From the NCBI GenBank assembly GCA_031362565.1, contig JANLSU010000088.1, positions 1-64,000 on the forward strand: 64,000 nt of DNA, given 5' to 3'. Both the position numbers and the translations under genes were made by a program. The stretch is from a bacterium. Its GTDB lineage: Bacteria; Krumholzibacteriota; Krumholzibacteriia; G020349025. The notes beneath the pieces are model-generated. The model was not told where the DNA came from, did no database searches, and worked only from the letters and a program-made list of their open reading frames with translations. Shown piece by piece: positions 39,895 to 48,812 of this stretch (its first letter is position 1; the number at the start of each line of letters is the position of its first letter).

Positions 39895-39972
39895 AGCCTA
39901 GCACCCCGTCGGGACCAGAACCAGCACCATCTAGAGGCTCTCCGTACTCACCCGCAGATCCTGTGGTAGACT
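39895..39972. promoter_or_regulatory. divergent extended -10 promoter candidates (array and asnB operon)
   Basis: Minus strand TGCTAGGCT (39895-39903) and plus strand TGGTAGACT (39964-39972); similar TGCTAGAAT at 53793 and TGCTAGACT at 57271 precede other genes. Confidence 0.4.
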
Positions 39973-40109
39973 CTGTCAAATGGACGCCGGCACGTTCGAG
40001 CACCCGCGAGCCCAGCCGGTCGAGAGCCCGCCCGTTGCGCACATCCGCCCAGTTTCAGCGGCCACGGCCCCCAAAGGGGCGGCGAGGCCTGGGGAGCGAA
40101 CACGACCGC

Positions 40110-41990
40110 ATGTGCGGAATTTGCGGCATCTACAACTATGGAACGGGTGCCCCGGCGAGCCGCGCGGTCCTGGAGTCGATGGCGGCGAGCATTCGGCACC
40201 GGGGCCCCGACGACGACGGTTTCCACGTCGATGGCGCGCTCGGCTTCGGCTTCCGGCGCCTATCCATCATCGACCTCACGACCGGCCACCAGCCGATCAC
40301 CAACGAAGACTCGACGTGCTGGATCATCCTGAACGGCGAGATCTACAACTACCGGGCGTTGCGCGCTGAGCTGCTGTCGGCAGGCCACACATTCCGCACC
40401 CAGAGCGACACCGAGACCATCGTGCACGGCTTCGAGCAGTGGGGCGCCGACGTCACGAACCGCTTGAACGGCATCTTCGGCTTCGCCCTCTGGGATGCAC
40501 CGCGCCGTGAGCTGCTCCTGGCGCGCGACCAACTCGGTGTCAAACCCGTCTATTACTACGATGACGGCAAGCGGCTCCTCTTCGCATCCGAGATCAAGGC
40601 GATCTTGCAGGACGAAACGGTGCCGCGCGAGATCGACCTCGAGGCGTTGGCGATCTTCTTGGCGTATGGCTACGTCCCGTCGCCGCGCACCCTTTTCAAA
40701 GGTATCCGCAAGATTCCGCCGGGATGGCGTTTGCACGTCAACGAGCGCGGCGCGCGGCTCGAACGCTATTGGACGGCGATTCCGGTCATTCGCCATGATC
40801 TTTCCGAACGCGAGGCTATCGACGAGTACGCACGCCTCATGCAACAAGCCGTCGAACGCCAGATGGTGAGTGACGTGCCCGTGGGGGCGCTGCTCTCCGG
40901 CGGCGTCGACTCCGGAGTCGTGACCGCCATCATGACCCAACTCTCGAATGCGCCAGTGCGCACCTTCTCGGTGGGATTCGAAGAAGAGGGCGATTGGAAC
41001 GAACTCGTCGAGGCGGAGGACACGGCCCGGCGGTTCAAGACCGAACACTACCCGTTGCGTATCAGCGCCCGTGACTATTTGGACTTCTTCGCCGAATCGT
41101 TCTGGTACCTGGATGAACCGGTGTTGTCGCAGAGCACCTTCGCCTTCTATTACCTGTCGAAGATGGCGCGCCAACACGTGAAAGTGGTGCTCACGGGCCA
41201 GGGCGCCGACGAACCGCTCGCCGGTTACGACCGCTACCGGGGCGAAAAATTGGCATCGAGCCTGGGCTGGCTCGCCGGCTCCCCCTTGTCCCGCGGCTTG
41301 GTGGGAGCGCTGCCCCGCGCCGAAAAGCTGAAGCGCGCCGCCCGCTCGCTTTCAGAGCGCGACCCGGTGACGCGATTCGCGGAAATCCACGCCCTATTTG
41401 CCGACACCGACCGGCGCGCGCTCTTGCGTCCTGAAACGGCCCTCGCACTCGACGGCTTCGACACTCGCGACCCCATTCGGGCGCTGCAGAAAGAAGTCGC
41501 GCACCTGGATCCCTTGGCGCAACTCCTCTACACCGACACGCGGATGTCGCTGCCCGACGACCTCTTGATGTACGGCGACAAGATGTCGATGGCCAATTCG
41601 CTCGAGGCCCGGGTACCGCTCCTGGATCCCGATCTCGTCATGTTCATCGAGTCGCTGCCCGTATCGATGAAACTGCGCGGCATGACCGGCAAATATGTAC
41701 ACAAGCGCGCCTGCGAACGCTGGCTGCCGCTCTCGACCATCCGGCGGCGCAAGAAGGGCTTCGCGACGCCGGTCGACGAATGGTTTCAGAAGTCCCTCGA
41801 TGGCTACGTACGTGACACCGTATTGGCGCCGGGCTCGGCGTGCACCGAGTACTTCCAGCCGCAGGCCATCGAGCAGATGCTCGAAGAGCATAAGTCGCGG
41901 CGGCGCGACCACCGGCGGCGCATTTTTGCGCTCCTCAGTTTCGAATTGTGGCATCGTCGGTTCCTGCGGTCTCCGGTCGCGGTTGCTTGA
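40110..41990 (+). CDS. asnB: asparagine synthase (glutamine-hydrolysing)-type amidotransferase
   Basis: MCGICG N-terminus, HRGPDD, RRLSIIDL, NGEIYNY, LLSGGVDS, GADE, SLEARVP, KKGF. Confidence 0.93.
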   Translation: MCGICGIYNYGTGAPASRAVLESMAASIRHRGPDDDGFHVDGALGFGFRRLSIIDLTTGHQPITNEDSTCWIILNGEIYNYRALRAELLSAGHTFRTQSDTETIVHGFEQWGADVTNRLNGIFGFALWDAPRRELLLARDQLGVKPVYYYDDGKRLLFASEIKAILQDETVPREIDLEALAIFLAYGYVPSPRTLFKGIRKIPPGWRLHVNERGARLERYWTAIPVIRHDLSEREAIDEYARLMQQAVERQMVSDVPVGALLSGGVDSGVVTAIMTQLSNAPVRTFSVGFEEEGDWNELVEAEDTARRFKTEHYPLRISARDYLDFFAESFWYLDEPVLSQSTFAFYYLSKMARQHVKVVLTGQGADEPLAGYDRYRGEKLASSLGWLAGSPLSRGLVGALPRAEKLKRAARSLSERDPVTRFAEIHALFADTDRRALLRPETALALDGFDTRDPIRALQKEVAHLDPLAQLLYTDTRMSLPDDLLMYGDKMSMANSLEARVPLLDPDLVMFIESLPVSMKLRGMTGKYVHKRACERWLPLSTIRRRKKGFATPVDEWFQKSLDGYVRDTVLAPGSACTEYFQPQAIEQMLEEHKSRRRDHRRRIFALLSFELWHRRFLRSPVAVA

Positions 41991-41999
41991 GGAGGGTTC

Positions 42000-43304
42000 G
42001 TGAACGTCAGCTTGTTCGGGCTGGGCTACGTGGGATGCGTGTCGGCGGCGTGCTTCGCGCGCGGCGGCCATCGTGTCCTGGGCGTCGACGTGAACCCCAC
42101 CAAAGTGGACCTGCTGAACGCGGGGCAAAGCCCGATCGTCGAGAAGGACGTCGGGGCCTTCATGCTGGACGCCGTGAACGCCGGCAAGCTCCGCGCCACG
42201 ACCGACCCGCGCCAGGCGGTGCTCGAGTCCGATGTCTCGCTCTTGTGCGTCGGCACACCCAGCAAAGCGAATGGCGCCCTCGACCTGTCGCACATCTGGG
42301 GTGTGGCGGCACAAATTGGCGTCGCGCTGCGCGACAAGCCAACGCCGCACGTCATCGTCATCCGCAGCACGGTCATGCCGGGAACCGCCGACCGGGTGCG
42401 TGAGATCGTCCAGCAGGAGTCGGGCAAGACGACGGGCTTCGCGGTCGTCGTGAATCCCGAGTTCCTACGCGAGGGCACCGCGGTCGCCGATTTCCTGCAT
42501 CCGCCGTATACGATTTTGGGCGGCGAGGATGCGGCAGCACTCGATCTCGTCGCGGCGTTGTACTCCGACCTGGAGGCACCGCTGCACCGCGTGCCGACTC
42601 GCGTCGCCGAAATGGTGAAGTACGCCAACAACGCCTTCCACGCCACCAAGGTGGCATTTGCCAACGAAGTCGGTAATCTCTGCAAAGAGATGGGCATCGA
42701 CAGCCATCGCGTCATGGATCTTTTTTGCCAGGACACGAAGCTCAATCTGTCGCCGTACTATCTGAAGCCGGGATTTGCGTTCGGCGGTTCCTGCTTGCCG
42801 AAGGACGTGCGCGCCTTGACGAGCCGGGCCCGCGAACTCGACGTGCCGACGCCGCTCCTCGACAGTTTGCTGCCGTCCAACGGGCTGCAAGTGAAGCGCG
42901 TCGTGGACCAGCTTCTGCGCTGGAAGGCACGCCGCCTCGGCTTCCTCGGCCTGTCGTTCAAGGGCGGTACGGACGATCTGCGCGAGAGCCCGATCGTGGA
43001 AGTCGTCGAGACGCTGCTCGGCAAAGGCTACGAGGTCAAGATCTACGATTCGAACGTCTCGCTCGCGAAACTCTTCGGCGCCAACCGGGAGTACATCGAG
43101 AAGGAAATCCCGCACCTCGACCGGCTCATGTGCGCGAGCGTCGCCGAAGTCATGGCGCATTCCGAGGTTATCGTGATCGGTAACCGCAGCGACGAGTTCC
43201 GCCAGGCGCTCGAACTCGTGCGGCCCGACCAAAAGGTGCTGGACTTGGTGCGCATCGCACCCGAACGGCCTGCGACCGGGGACTATCATGGAATCTGCTG
43301 GTAG
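42000..43304 (+). CDS. UDP-glucose/GDP-mannose 6-dehydrogenase (AlgD-like)
   Basis: GLGYVG, CVGTPS, NPEFLREG, PGFAFGGSCLPKD, GLSFK.GTDDLRESP, C-terminal GICW. Confidence 0.92.
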   Translation: MNVSLFGLGYVGCVSAACFARGGHRVLGVDVNPTKVDLLNAGQSPIVEKDVGAFMLDAVNAGKLRATTDPRQAVLESDVSLLCVGTPSKANGALDLSHIWGVAAQIGVALRDKPTPHVIVIRSTVMPGTADRVREIVQQESGKTTGFAVVVNPEFLREGTAVADFLHPPYTILGGEDAAALDLVAALYSDLEAPLHRVPTRVAEMVKYANNAFHATKVAFANEVGNLCKEMGIDSHRVMDLFCQDTKLNLSPYYLKPGFAFGGSCLPKDVRALTSRARELDVPTPLLDSLLPSNGLQVKRVVDQLLRWKARRLGFLGLSFKGGTDDLRESPIVEVVETLLGKGYEVKIYDSNVSLAKLFGANREYIEKEIPHLDRLMCASVAEVMAHSEVIVIGNRSDEFRQALELVRPDQKVLDLVRIAPERPATGDYHGICW

Positions 43305-44571
43305 CGCTGCCGTGGGCCTCTCCGGCGCGGTCGCGGCGGTAGGCAGCGACAGCCGCGGCGGCGTGCTGCTCATCGTCGAAAACCATTCGGTGCCGGCCGA
43401 CCGCCGTGTTTGGGGCGAGGCGCAGTCGTTGCGGCGCGCCGGATATCGCGTCTCGGTGATTTGCCCACGTGGTACGTTCCAAGACAAAGAGCCCTTCGAA
43501 GCCCGCGACGGCGTCGCCATCCATCGTTTCGCGATGCCGTTCGACGGCAATACCAAGTTGCACTACGTGTTCGAGTACGCGTGGGCCCTCCTGGCCTGCT
43601 TTGGATTGTCGCTGCAAGTCTGGCGCACGCGTGGCTTCGATGTCTTGCACGTCGGCAATCCCCCGGACTTTTTTTTCCCGCTGGCCTGGTTCTACAAGCT
43701 TTTCGGCAAGAAATTCATCTTCGATCAGCATGACCTGTGTCCCGAGACGTATCTGGCCAAGTTTCCCGATGCCGGGAAGCGTTTCTGGTACCGTCTTTTG
43801 TCCTGGACCGAGCAACGCTCCTACCGCGCCGCCGACGCCGTCGTCGTGACCAACCAATCCTACCGGGACGTGGCGCGGAGCCGCGGCCGGGTGCCGGAGG
43901 AACGCATCTTCATCGTCCGCAACAGTCCGAACCTGGAAGTCTTCCGCCCTCTGCAACCGGATCTCGAACTCAAGGAAGGCTTCCGCTATCTGGTGACCTT
44001 CGTCGGGATCATGGCCGCGCAGGATGGCGTCGACTACTTGTTGCGCGCCGCCCATCATGTGATCTACGTCATGGGCCGGCGCGACATCCTCTTCGTGCTC
44101 ATGGGCACGGGCCCGGCGTGGGACGACTTGCAGAAGATGTGGGCCGACCTCGAACTGCAGCCCTATGTGCGCTTCACGGGGCGCATTCCCGACGGACCCA
44201 TGCTGCGCTACCTGGCGGCATCGGATGCCTGCGCGTCGCCCGATCCGCACAACCTCCTGAACGACGTCTCCACCATGCAGAAATTGATGGAGTTCATGGC
44301 GATGCGCAAACCGAGCGTGTCGTTCGACCTGAAGGAAGCGCGCTACTCGGCGCAGGACGCGGCGGTATACGTGCCCGACAACGACTGGCGCGCCTTTGGC
44401 GAAGCCCTGGTCGCATTGTTGGAGGACCCCAAACGCTGCGAACGCATGGGCGAGGCGGGACTGCAACGGATTCGCACCGAACTCTCCTGGACGCGATCCG
44501 AAGCCGAGCTGCGCGCCGCCTACGCCTACGTGCTCCATGACCGGCTCGCCACCGCTTCGGAACGCGGCTGA
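43288..44571 (+). CDS. glycosyltransferase family 4
   Basis: VENHSVPADRRVW.EA, HVGNPPD, FDQHDLCPE, QDGVD, STMQKLMEFMA motifs. Confidence 0.9.
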   Translation: MESAGSAAVGLSGAVAAVGSDSRGGVLLIVENHSVPADRRVWGEAQSLRRAGYRVSVICPRGTFQDKEPFEARDGVAIHRFAMPFDGNTKLHYVFEYAWALLACFGLSLQVWRTRGFDVLHVGNPPDFFFPLAWFYKLFGKKFIFDQHDLCPETYLAKFPDAGKRFWYRLLSWTEQRSYRAADAVVVTNQSYRDVARSRGRVPEERIFIVRNSPNLEVFRPLQPDLELKEGFRYLVTFVGIMAAQDGVDYLLRAAHHVIYVMGRRDILFVLMGTGPAWDDLQKMWADLELQPYVRFTGRIPDGPMLRYLAASDACASPDPHNLLNDVSTMQKLMEFMAMRKPSVSFDLKEARYSAQDAAVYVPDNDWRAFGEALVALLEDPKRCERMGEAGLQRIRTELSWTRSEAELRAAYAYVLHDRLATASERG

Positions 44572-44578
44572 GGCGGGC

Positions 44579-44989
44579 ATGAAACTCCTGCTCTTCTATA
44601 CGCACGATTACTGGTTGCGGCCGTTCGAAAAGTCGGTGCCCGAGGCGCCCGACCGCAGCGATGAAATGACGGCCCGCGACGCCGTCGTGGCGCTCGTGCA
44701 TGTCGAAGCGGCGGATCCGGCCGAGCATGCCAAACTCGTCACCAAGGCCATCAAACAGATCAAGTGGCTGGCCGGGAAGTTCGCGACCCGGCGCATCGTG
44801 CTGCATTCGTTCGCCCACCTCGCCACGACGCGCGCCACGCCTGCAGAAGCGGCAGCCTTGTTGGAGGACGCACGCGCCCGGCTGGTTGCCGCCGAGTTCG
44901 AAGTCCAGGTGACGCCGTTCGGTTACTTCAACGAGTTCCGCTTGCATGTCGCCGGCCCGTCACTCGCCAAAGTCTTCGTCGAATTGTGA
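44579..44989 (+). CDS. free-standing archaeal-type threonyl-tRNA synthetase editing domain protein
   Basis: MKLLLF..., VHVEAAD, IVLHSFAHL, TPFGYF...L.V.G..LAK motifs typical of tRNA-Thr_ED. Confidence 0.8.
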   Translation: MKLLLFYTHDYWLRPFEKSVPEAPDRSDEMTARDAVVALVHVEAADPAEHAKLVTKAIKQIKWLAGKFATRRIVLHSFAHLATTRATPAEAAALLEDARARLVAAEFEVQVTPFGYFNEFRLHVAGPSLAKVFVEL

Positions 44990-44995
44990 GGTCGG

Positions 44996-45619
44996 ATGGC
45001 GAACCGAACCCGCAAGCGCTGCGCATGGGCCAAACCCACCAACCCGCTCTACGTGGCCTACCACGACGACGAATGGGGCGTGCCGGCGCATGACGACCGG
45101 CATCTCTTCGAGATGCTCATCCTAGAGGGCGCGCAAGCCGGACTCGCCTGGGAAACGATCTTGAACAAGCGGCAGGCCTACCGGCGCGCGTTCGATCGCT
45201 TCGACGTCCGGCGGGTGGCGCGTTACGACGCTCGCAAGGTGGCGACACTGCTGGCGGACGCCGGGATCGTACGCAACCGTCTCAAGGTCGCGGCCGCGAT
45301 CACCAACGCCAAGGCCTTCCTGCTGGTGCAGAAGGAGTTTGGCAGCTTCGATGCCTACCTCTGGGGCTTCGTGCAAGGTGCTCCAAAGCAAAACAGCCGG
45401 CAGGCACTCCGCGACATTCCGCCGCGCACCGCCGAATCCGATGCGCTCTCCAAGGACCTCGCGCGGCGCGGCTTCAAATTCGTGGGGTCGACCATTTGCT
45501 ATGCCTACATGCAAGCCGTCGGGTTGGTGAACGACCACATCGAAGGCTGTTTCAGGTATCGTGAGGTGGCGCGGCTTTCCCGGCCGCGCCGGGCGGTGCA
45601 TGCAGCGGAGGACGAATGA
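44996..45619 (+). CDS. tag: DNA-3-methyladenine glycosylase I
   Basis: RCAW, YHDDEWGVP, LFEMLILEGAQAGLAW, GIVRNRLK, GFKFVGST, GLVNDH...C. Confidence 0.95.
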   Translation: MANRTRKRCAWAKPTNPLYVAYHDDEWGVPAHDDRHLFEMLILEGAQAGLAWETILNKRQAYRRAFDRFDVRRVARYDARKVATLLADAGIVRNRLKVAAAITNAKAFLLVQKEFGSFDAYLWGFVQGAPKQNSRQALRDIPPRTAESDALSKDLARRGFKFVGSTICYAYMQAVGLVNDHIEGCFRYREVARLSRPRRAVHAAEDE

Positions 45620-48327
45620 TCTCGGCGCTCCTTGGCCGGCTTGGTGTGCGGGCTTCGGAACGGCGGCTCGTCGCCCGGCTCGGGTTCGTGCACTTCGTCC
45701 TCATCGCGAGCTATACGCTGGCGCGCGCGGCGCGCGACGCCGTTTTCCTGGACGCTCTCACGGCCCGCCGTCTGCCCTATCTGTATGTCGGCGTGGCATT
45801 GTGGACGGCGCTCATCTCGTCGGTTTTTGGACGCCTTTCATCCCGGCAACAACTTCAGCGCTCGTTGTCGCAGTTGCTGGTCGTCTGCGGCGCGGCGCTC
45901 GTCGTCTTTGGTGTCGTGCTGCGCCGCTATTTCGGTCCGGTGCCGGCCGTGGGTTTTTACCTGTGGACCGGGGCCTATGGCCTCATTTTGATCTCGCTCT
46001 TCTGGGTCCTGGTGAACGAAGCGACCGATGCGCGCGAGGCAAAGCGGCTCTTCGGCATCGTTGGCGCGTGGGGAATCGTCGGCGGTATGGCGGGTGGCGG
46101 ACTCGCAACACTCTTGGGCGGGCTCGCAGGGCCGGAGTCGACGCTCTTTGTGGCCGGCGCCCTCTTAGTCGCTATCGCACCGCTGTCGCGCAACATCATC
46201 GACGCGGGTTCGTCGCGCGTCTTGGTGTTGCCGTCACTCGACGTGCCGCCGCCGGACTGGCGGCGCGATCGTTATGTGATGCTGCTGTCGGCGCTCTTCC
46301 TGGTTGGTGGCCTCACCGCGAGCTTCGTCGACTACCAATTCAAGGTGGTGGTCGAGCGCCTGAGCGCCGGCAACCTGAAGGAATTAACCAGGCTCCTCGG
46401 CTCCTATTACGCCGTGCTGAACGCGGTGGCGATCCTGTTGCAACTCGTGGCGTCGAGTTGGCTCTTGCGGCGTTTGGGCGCGAGCACGGTCGCGGGGCTC
46501 TTGCCGGCCGGAGTCGCAGTCGGCAGTTTGGCCGCGCTCTTCAAACCGGCGTTGCCCATGCTCCTGGCCGCGACGCGCATGTACGAGGCTGGGATGCGCG
46601 TGTCACTTGCCAAGACCGCGTGGGAGTTCTTGTTTTTTCCGCTCTCGCCGGCGTTGCGCCGCCGCGTCAAGACGTGGATCGACGCCGTCGTCGACCGCGG
46701 TGCCGAGGCGCTCGCGGGCCTCGCGATTCTGGCGCTCGGTGCGGCGCATCTCGACAACCCACGTTTTCTTGGGTCGATCACCGTCGTCTTGGCTCTCGTG
46801 TGGCTCTTTCTGAGTTTACGCCTCCGGAGCGCATATGTGAAGCAGCTGTCGCGCAGCCTCCGCACTCTTGTCCTCGAAGATCCGGAGCCGGAGTCGGCGC
46901 CGGAGGCACTGCTCATCGAGGAAGCGCTGCGGCTGCTCGACAGTCCGTTCGAAAAACGGGCCCTGTATGCCTTCGAACTCTTGGAGCGCATCGATCCCGC
47001 GGCGCTGGATCTCCGCTTGGGCGCGTTGCAGGAGCATCCATCGCCCACCATGCGCGCCCGGGCCCTCGGGCGGCTCGCGGACCCGGTGCACCCGGTGGCA
47101 TCGCCGTTGCTCGCGACACTTGCCCACGATGAAAGCGCCGAAGTCCAAACCGCAGCATTTCGTTTGTATGCCGCCCGCTTTGCGGATGCCGACGAGCAGA
47201 TGGAGCGTTTGGCCGCCAGCGATGACGAATCGGCGCGGGCGGCGGCCCTCACCTATCTGGTTTCGCGGCCTGGGTCGACGGATCGCGATGTGCTGGCGCG
47301 TGTCGACACGGTGCTGAAAACGGGTACGCAAGCCGAGCGGCAGGCGGTCGCGATGGGCCTTGGGCGGCGGCCGCGGCCTTCGGACACACACCAGCGGCTG
47401 GTGCAATTCCTGGCCGATCCGGCGCCCGAAGTGCGCCGCGAGGCCCTCGCCGCGTGCGCCGCGGCCGGGGTGCGAGAACTCGTGCCACTCATGCTGCCGC
47501 TCCTCGGCGCCACACCGACTCGCGACGCCGCGCGGGCGGCGATTGCGACTTTTGGCAACCGCATCGTCGGCACGCTGGGCGATGTGCTCGTCGACCTCGC
47601 TGCCCCGATCGGTTTGCGACGCGAGATCCCACCCGTCTTGGCCGCCATCGGAACCCAACCGGCCGCCAACGAGCTCTTGCGCGTTCCGGAGTCGCTGGAC
47701 CCGTTGTTTCGGCACCGCTTGCTGCAGGCCCAGAACCGCATCCGAGGCCACGACGCGAGCATCCTCTTTCCGCGTCAAGCCGTGCGCGCGGCGCTCGAAA
47801 GCGATGTCGAGATGCTGCTGCGTTTGCATATGCACTTGGACGCCTGGGATGATGTCGAGCCGTCGCGCGCCCGCTCGCTGCTGCATGCATCGCTCGCCGA
47901 ACGGCGCGATGCGGCTTTCACGCGCATTTTCCGTCGCCTTGGCCTGCTCTACCCTGCCAAGGAGATCCACGTTGCTTTCGGTGCGCTCACCGGCCAAGCG
48001 CGCCGGACCCGTGCTCAAGCACTCGAATACCTGGATGCCGTGCTGTTGCCCGAGGACCGGCGCCTTGTGGTACCGGTACTGGAGGAGCCGGAGCGCCGCG
48101 CGGTGCTGGCCCGCTCGTTGTATGGCATCGTGGCGTACACTCCGGAGTCGAGCTTGGCCGAACTCGTGCGAGCCCATGACGCCTGGCTGCAGGCCTGCGG
48201 GCTGTACGTGATCGGCGCGAAGCGCTTCAGCGCGCTCGCCGATCTGGCGCGCACGGCGCTCGGCCACGAGACAGCACTCGTGCAGGAAACCGCCCGCTGG
48301 TGCTTGGTGCGCTTGGAGACGCCGTGA
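45616..48327 (+). CDS. NTT/TLC (Npt1/Npt2-like) transporter fused to HEAT repeats
   Basis: ~12 TM MFS-like N-half with ARDAVFL, FW....E..D.REAKRLFG, VDYQFK, K.WID.VVDR; C-half HEAT-like repeats (DPAPEVRREA). Confidence 0.85.
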   Translation: MISALLGRLGVRASERRLVARLGFVHFVLIASYTLARAARDAVFLDALTARRLPYLYVGVALWTALISSVFGRLSSRQQLQRSLSQLLVVCGAALVVFGVVLRRYFGPVPAVGFYLWTGAYGLILISLFWVLVNEATDAREAKRLFGIVGAWGIVGGMAGGGLATLLGGLAGPESTLFVAGALLVAIAPLSRNIIDAGSSRVLVLPSLDVPPPDWRRDRYVMLLSALFLVGGLTASFVDYQFKVVVERLSAGNLKELTRLLGSYYAVLNAVAILLQLVASSWLLRRLGASTVAGLLPAGVAVGSLAALFKPALPMLLAATRMYEAGMRVSLAKTAWEFLFFPLSPALRRRVKTWIDAVVDRGAEALAGLAILALGAAHLDNPRFLGSITVVLALVWLFLSLRLRSAYVKQLSRSLRTLVLEDPEPESAPEALLIEEALRLLDSPFEKRALYAFELLERIDPAALDLRLGALQEHPSPTMRARALGRLADPVHPVASPLLATLAHDESAEVQTAAFRLYAARFADADEQMERLAASDDESARAAALTYLVSRPGSTDRDVLARVDTVLKTGTQAERQAVAMGLGRRPRPSDTHQRLVQFLADPAPEVRREALAACAAAGVRELVPLMLPLLGATPTRDAARAAIATFGNRIVGTLGDVLVDLAAPIGLRREIPPVLAAIGTQPAANELLRVPESLDPLFRHRLLQAQNRIRGHDASILFPRQAVRAALESDVEMLLRLHMHLDAWDDVEPSRARSLLHASLAERRDAAFTRIFRRLGLLYPAKEIHVAFGALTGQARRTRAQALEYLDAVLLPEDRRLVVPVLEEPERRAVLARSLYGIVAYTPESSLAELVRAHDAWLQACGLYVIGAKRFSALADLARTALGHETALVQETARWCLVRLETP

Positions 48328-48812
48328 AGGAAACGCTCACCACGATCGAAAAGGCGCTCTTCCTGAAGGAGCTCGAGTTCTTCGGACACGTGCCCATCGA
48401 ACAAGCGGCGGCGGTGGCGGCGACCGCTCAAGAAGTTCATTTCGATCCCGGTACCGTCATCTACCAGCAAACCGATCCAGCCGAGTTCATCTTCCTGGTG
48501 CTCGAGGGCCGGGTTGTCGCCGAGCAAGATGGCATCATTTCGACGGTTTTCGGACCCGGGAACGGTTTCGGCGACTTGAGTCTCAATGCGGGTGCGACAT
48601 ACGCCCACACGGCCCGCGTCGTCGACCACACGCATGCGTTGCGTTTTTCGATCGCTGAATTCGTGGACACGATGCTCGAGCATCCCGAAATTGCCGTTGG
48701 CGTCGTGCGCGCCCTCGCCATCCGATTGCGTGAGGCCGGCCAGCAGCTGACGGATTTGAACCGCCAGCTCCAGGATGGCTCGTACGCCTTCCGCCTGCCG
48801 GACAAGCTGTGA
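48324..48812 (+). CDS. cyclic nucleotide-binding domain protein
   Basis: LTTIEKALFLK..EFF, F.PG.VIY.Q.D....FLVLEG.V, G.GFGDLS; GTGA overlap with the upstream gene. Confidence 0.85.
   Translation: MKETLTTIEKALFLKELEFFGHVPIEQAAAVAATAQEVHFDPGTVIYQQTDPAEFIFLVLEGRVVAEQDGIISTVFGPGNGFGDLSLNAGATYAHTARVVDHTHALRFSIAEFVDTMLEHPEIAVGVVRALAIRLREAGQQLTDLNRQLQDGSYAFRLPDKL

Noticed and set aside
39974..39979. Perfect TTGACA on the minus strand upstream of the array
   Set aside because: No -10 element at 16-18-nt spacing
39504..40109. Long N-terminal extensions in the ORF track for asnB (also for the M14 peptidase, S9 peptidase, P8, P9 and AAA ATPase)
   Set aside because: Extensions overlap neighbouring genes; family N-termini (e.g. 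MCGICG) and RBS positions indicate the shorter starts
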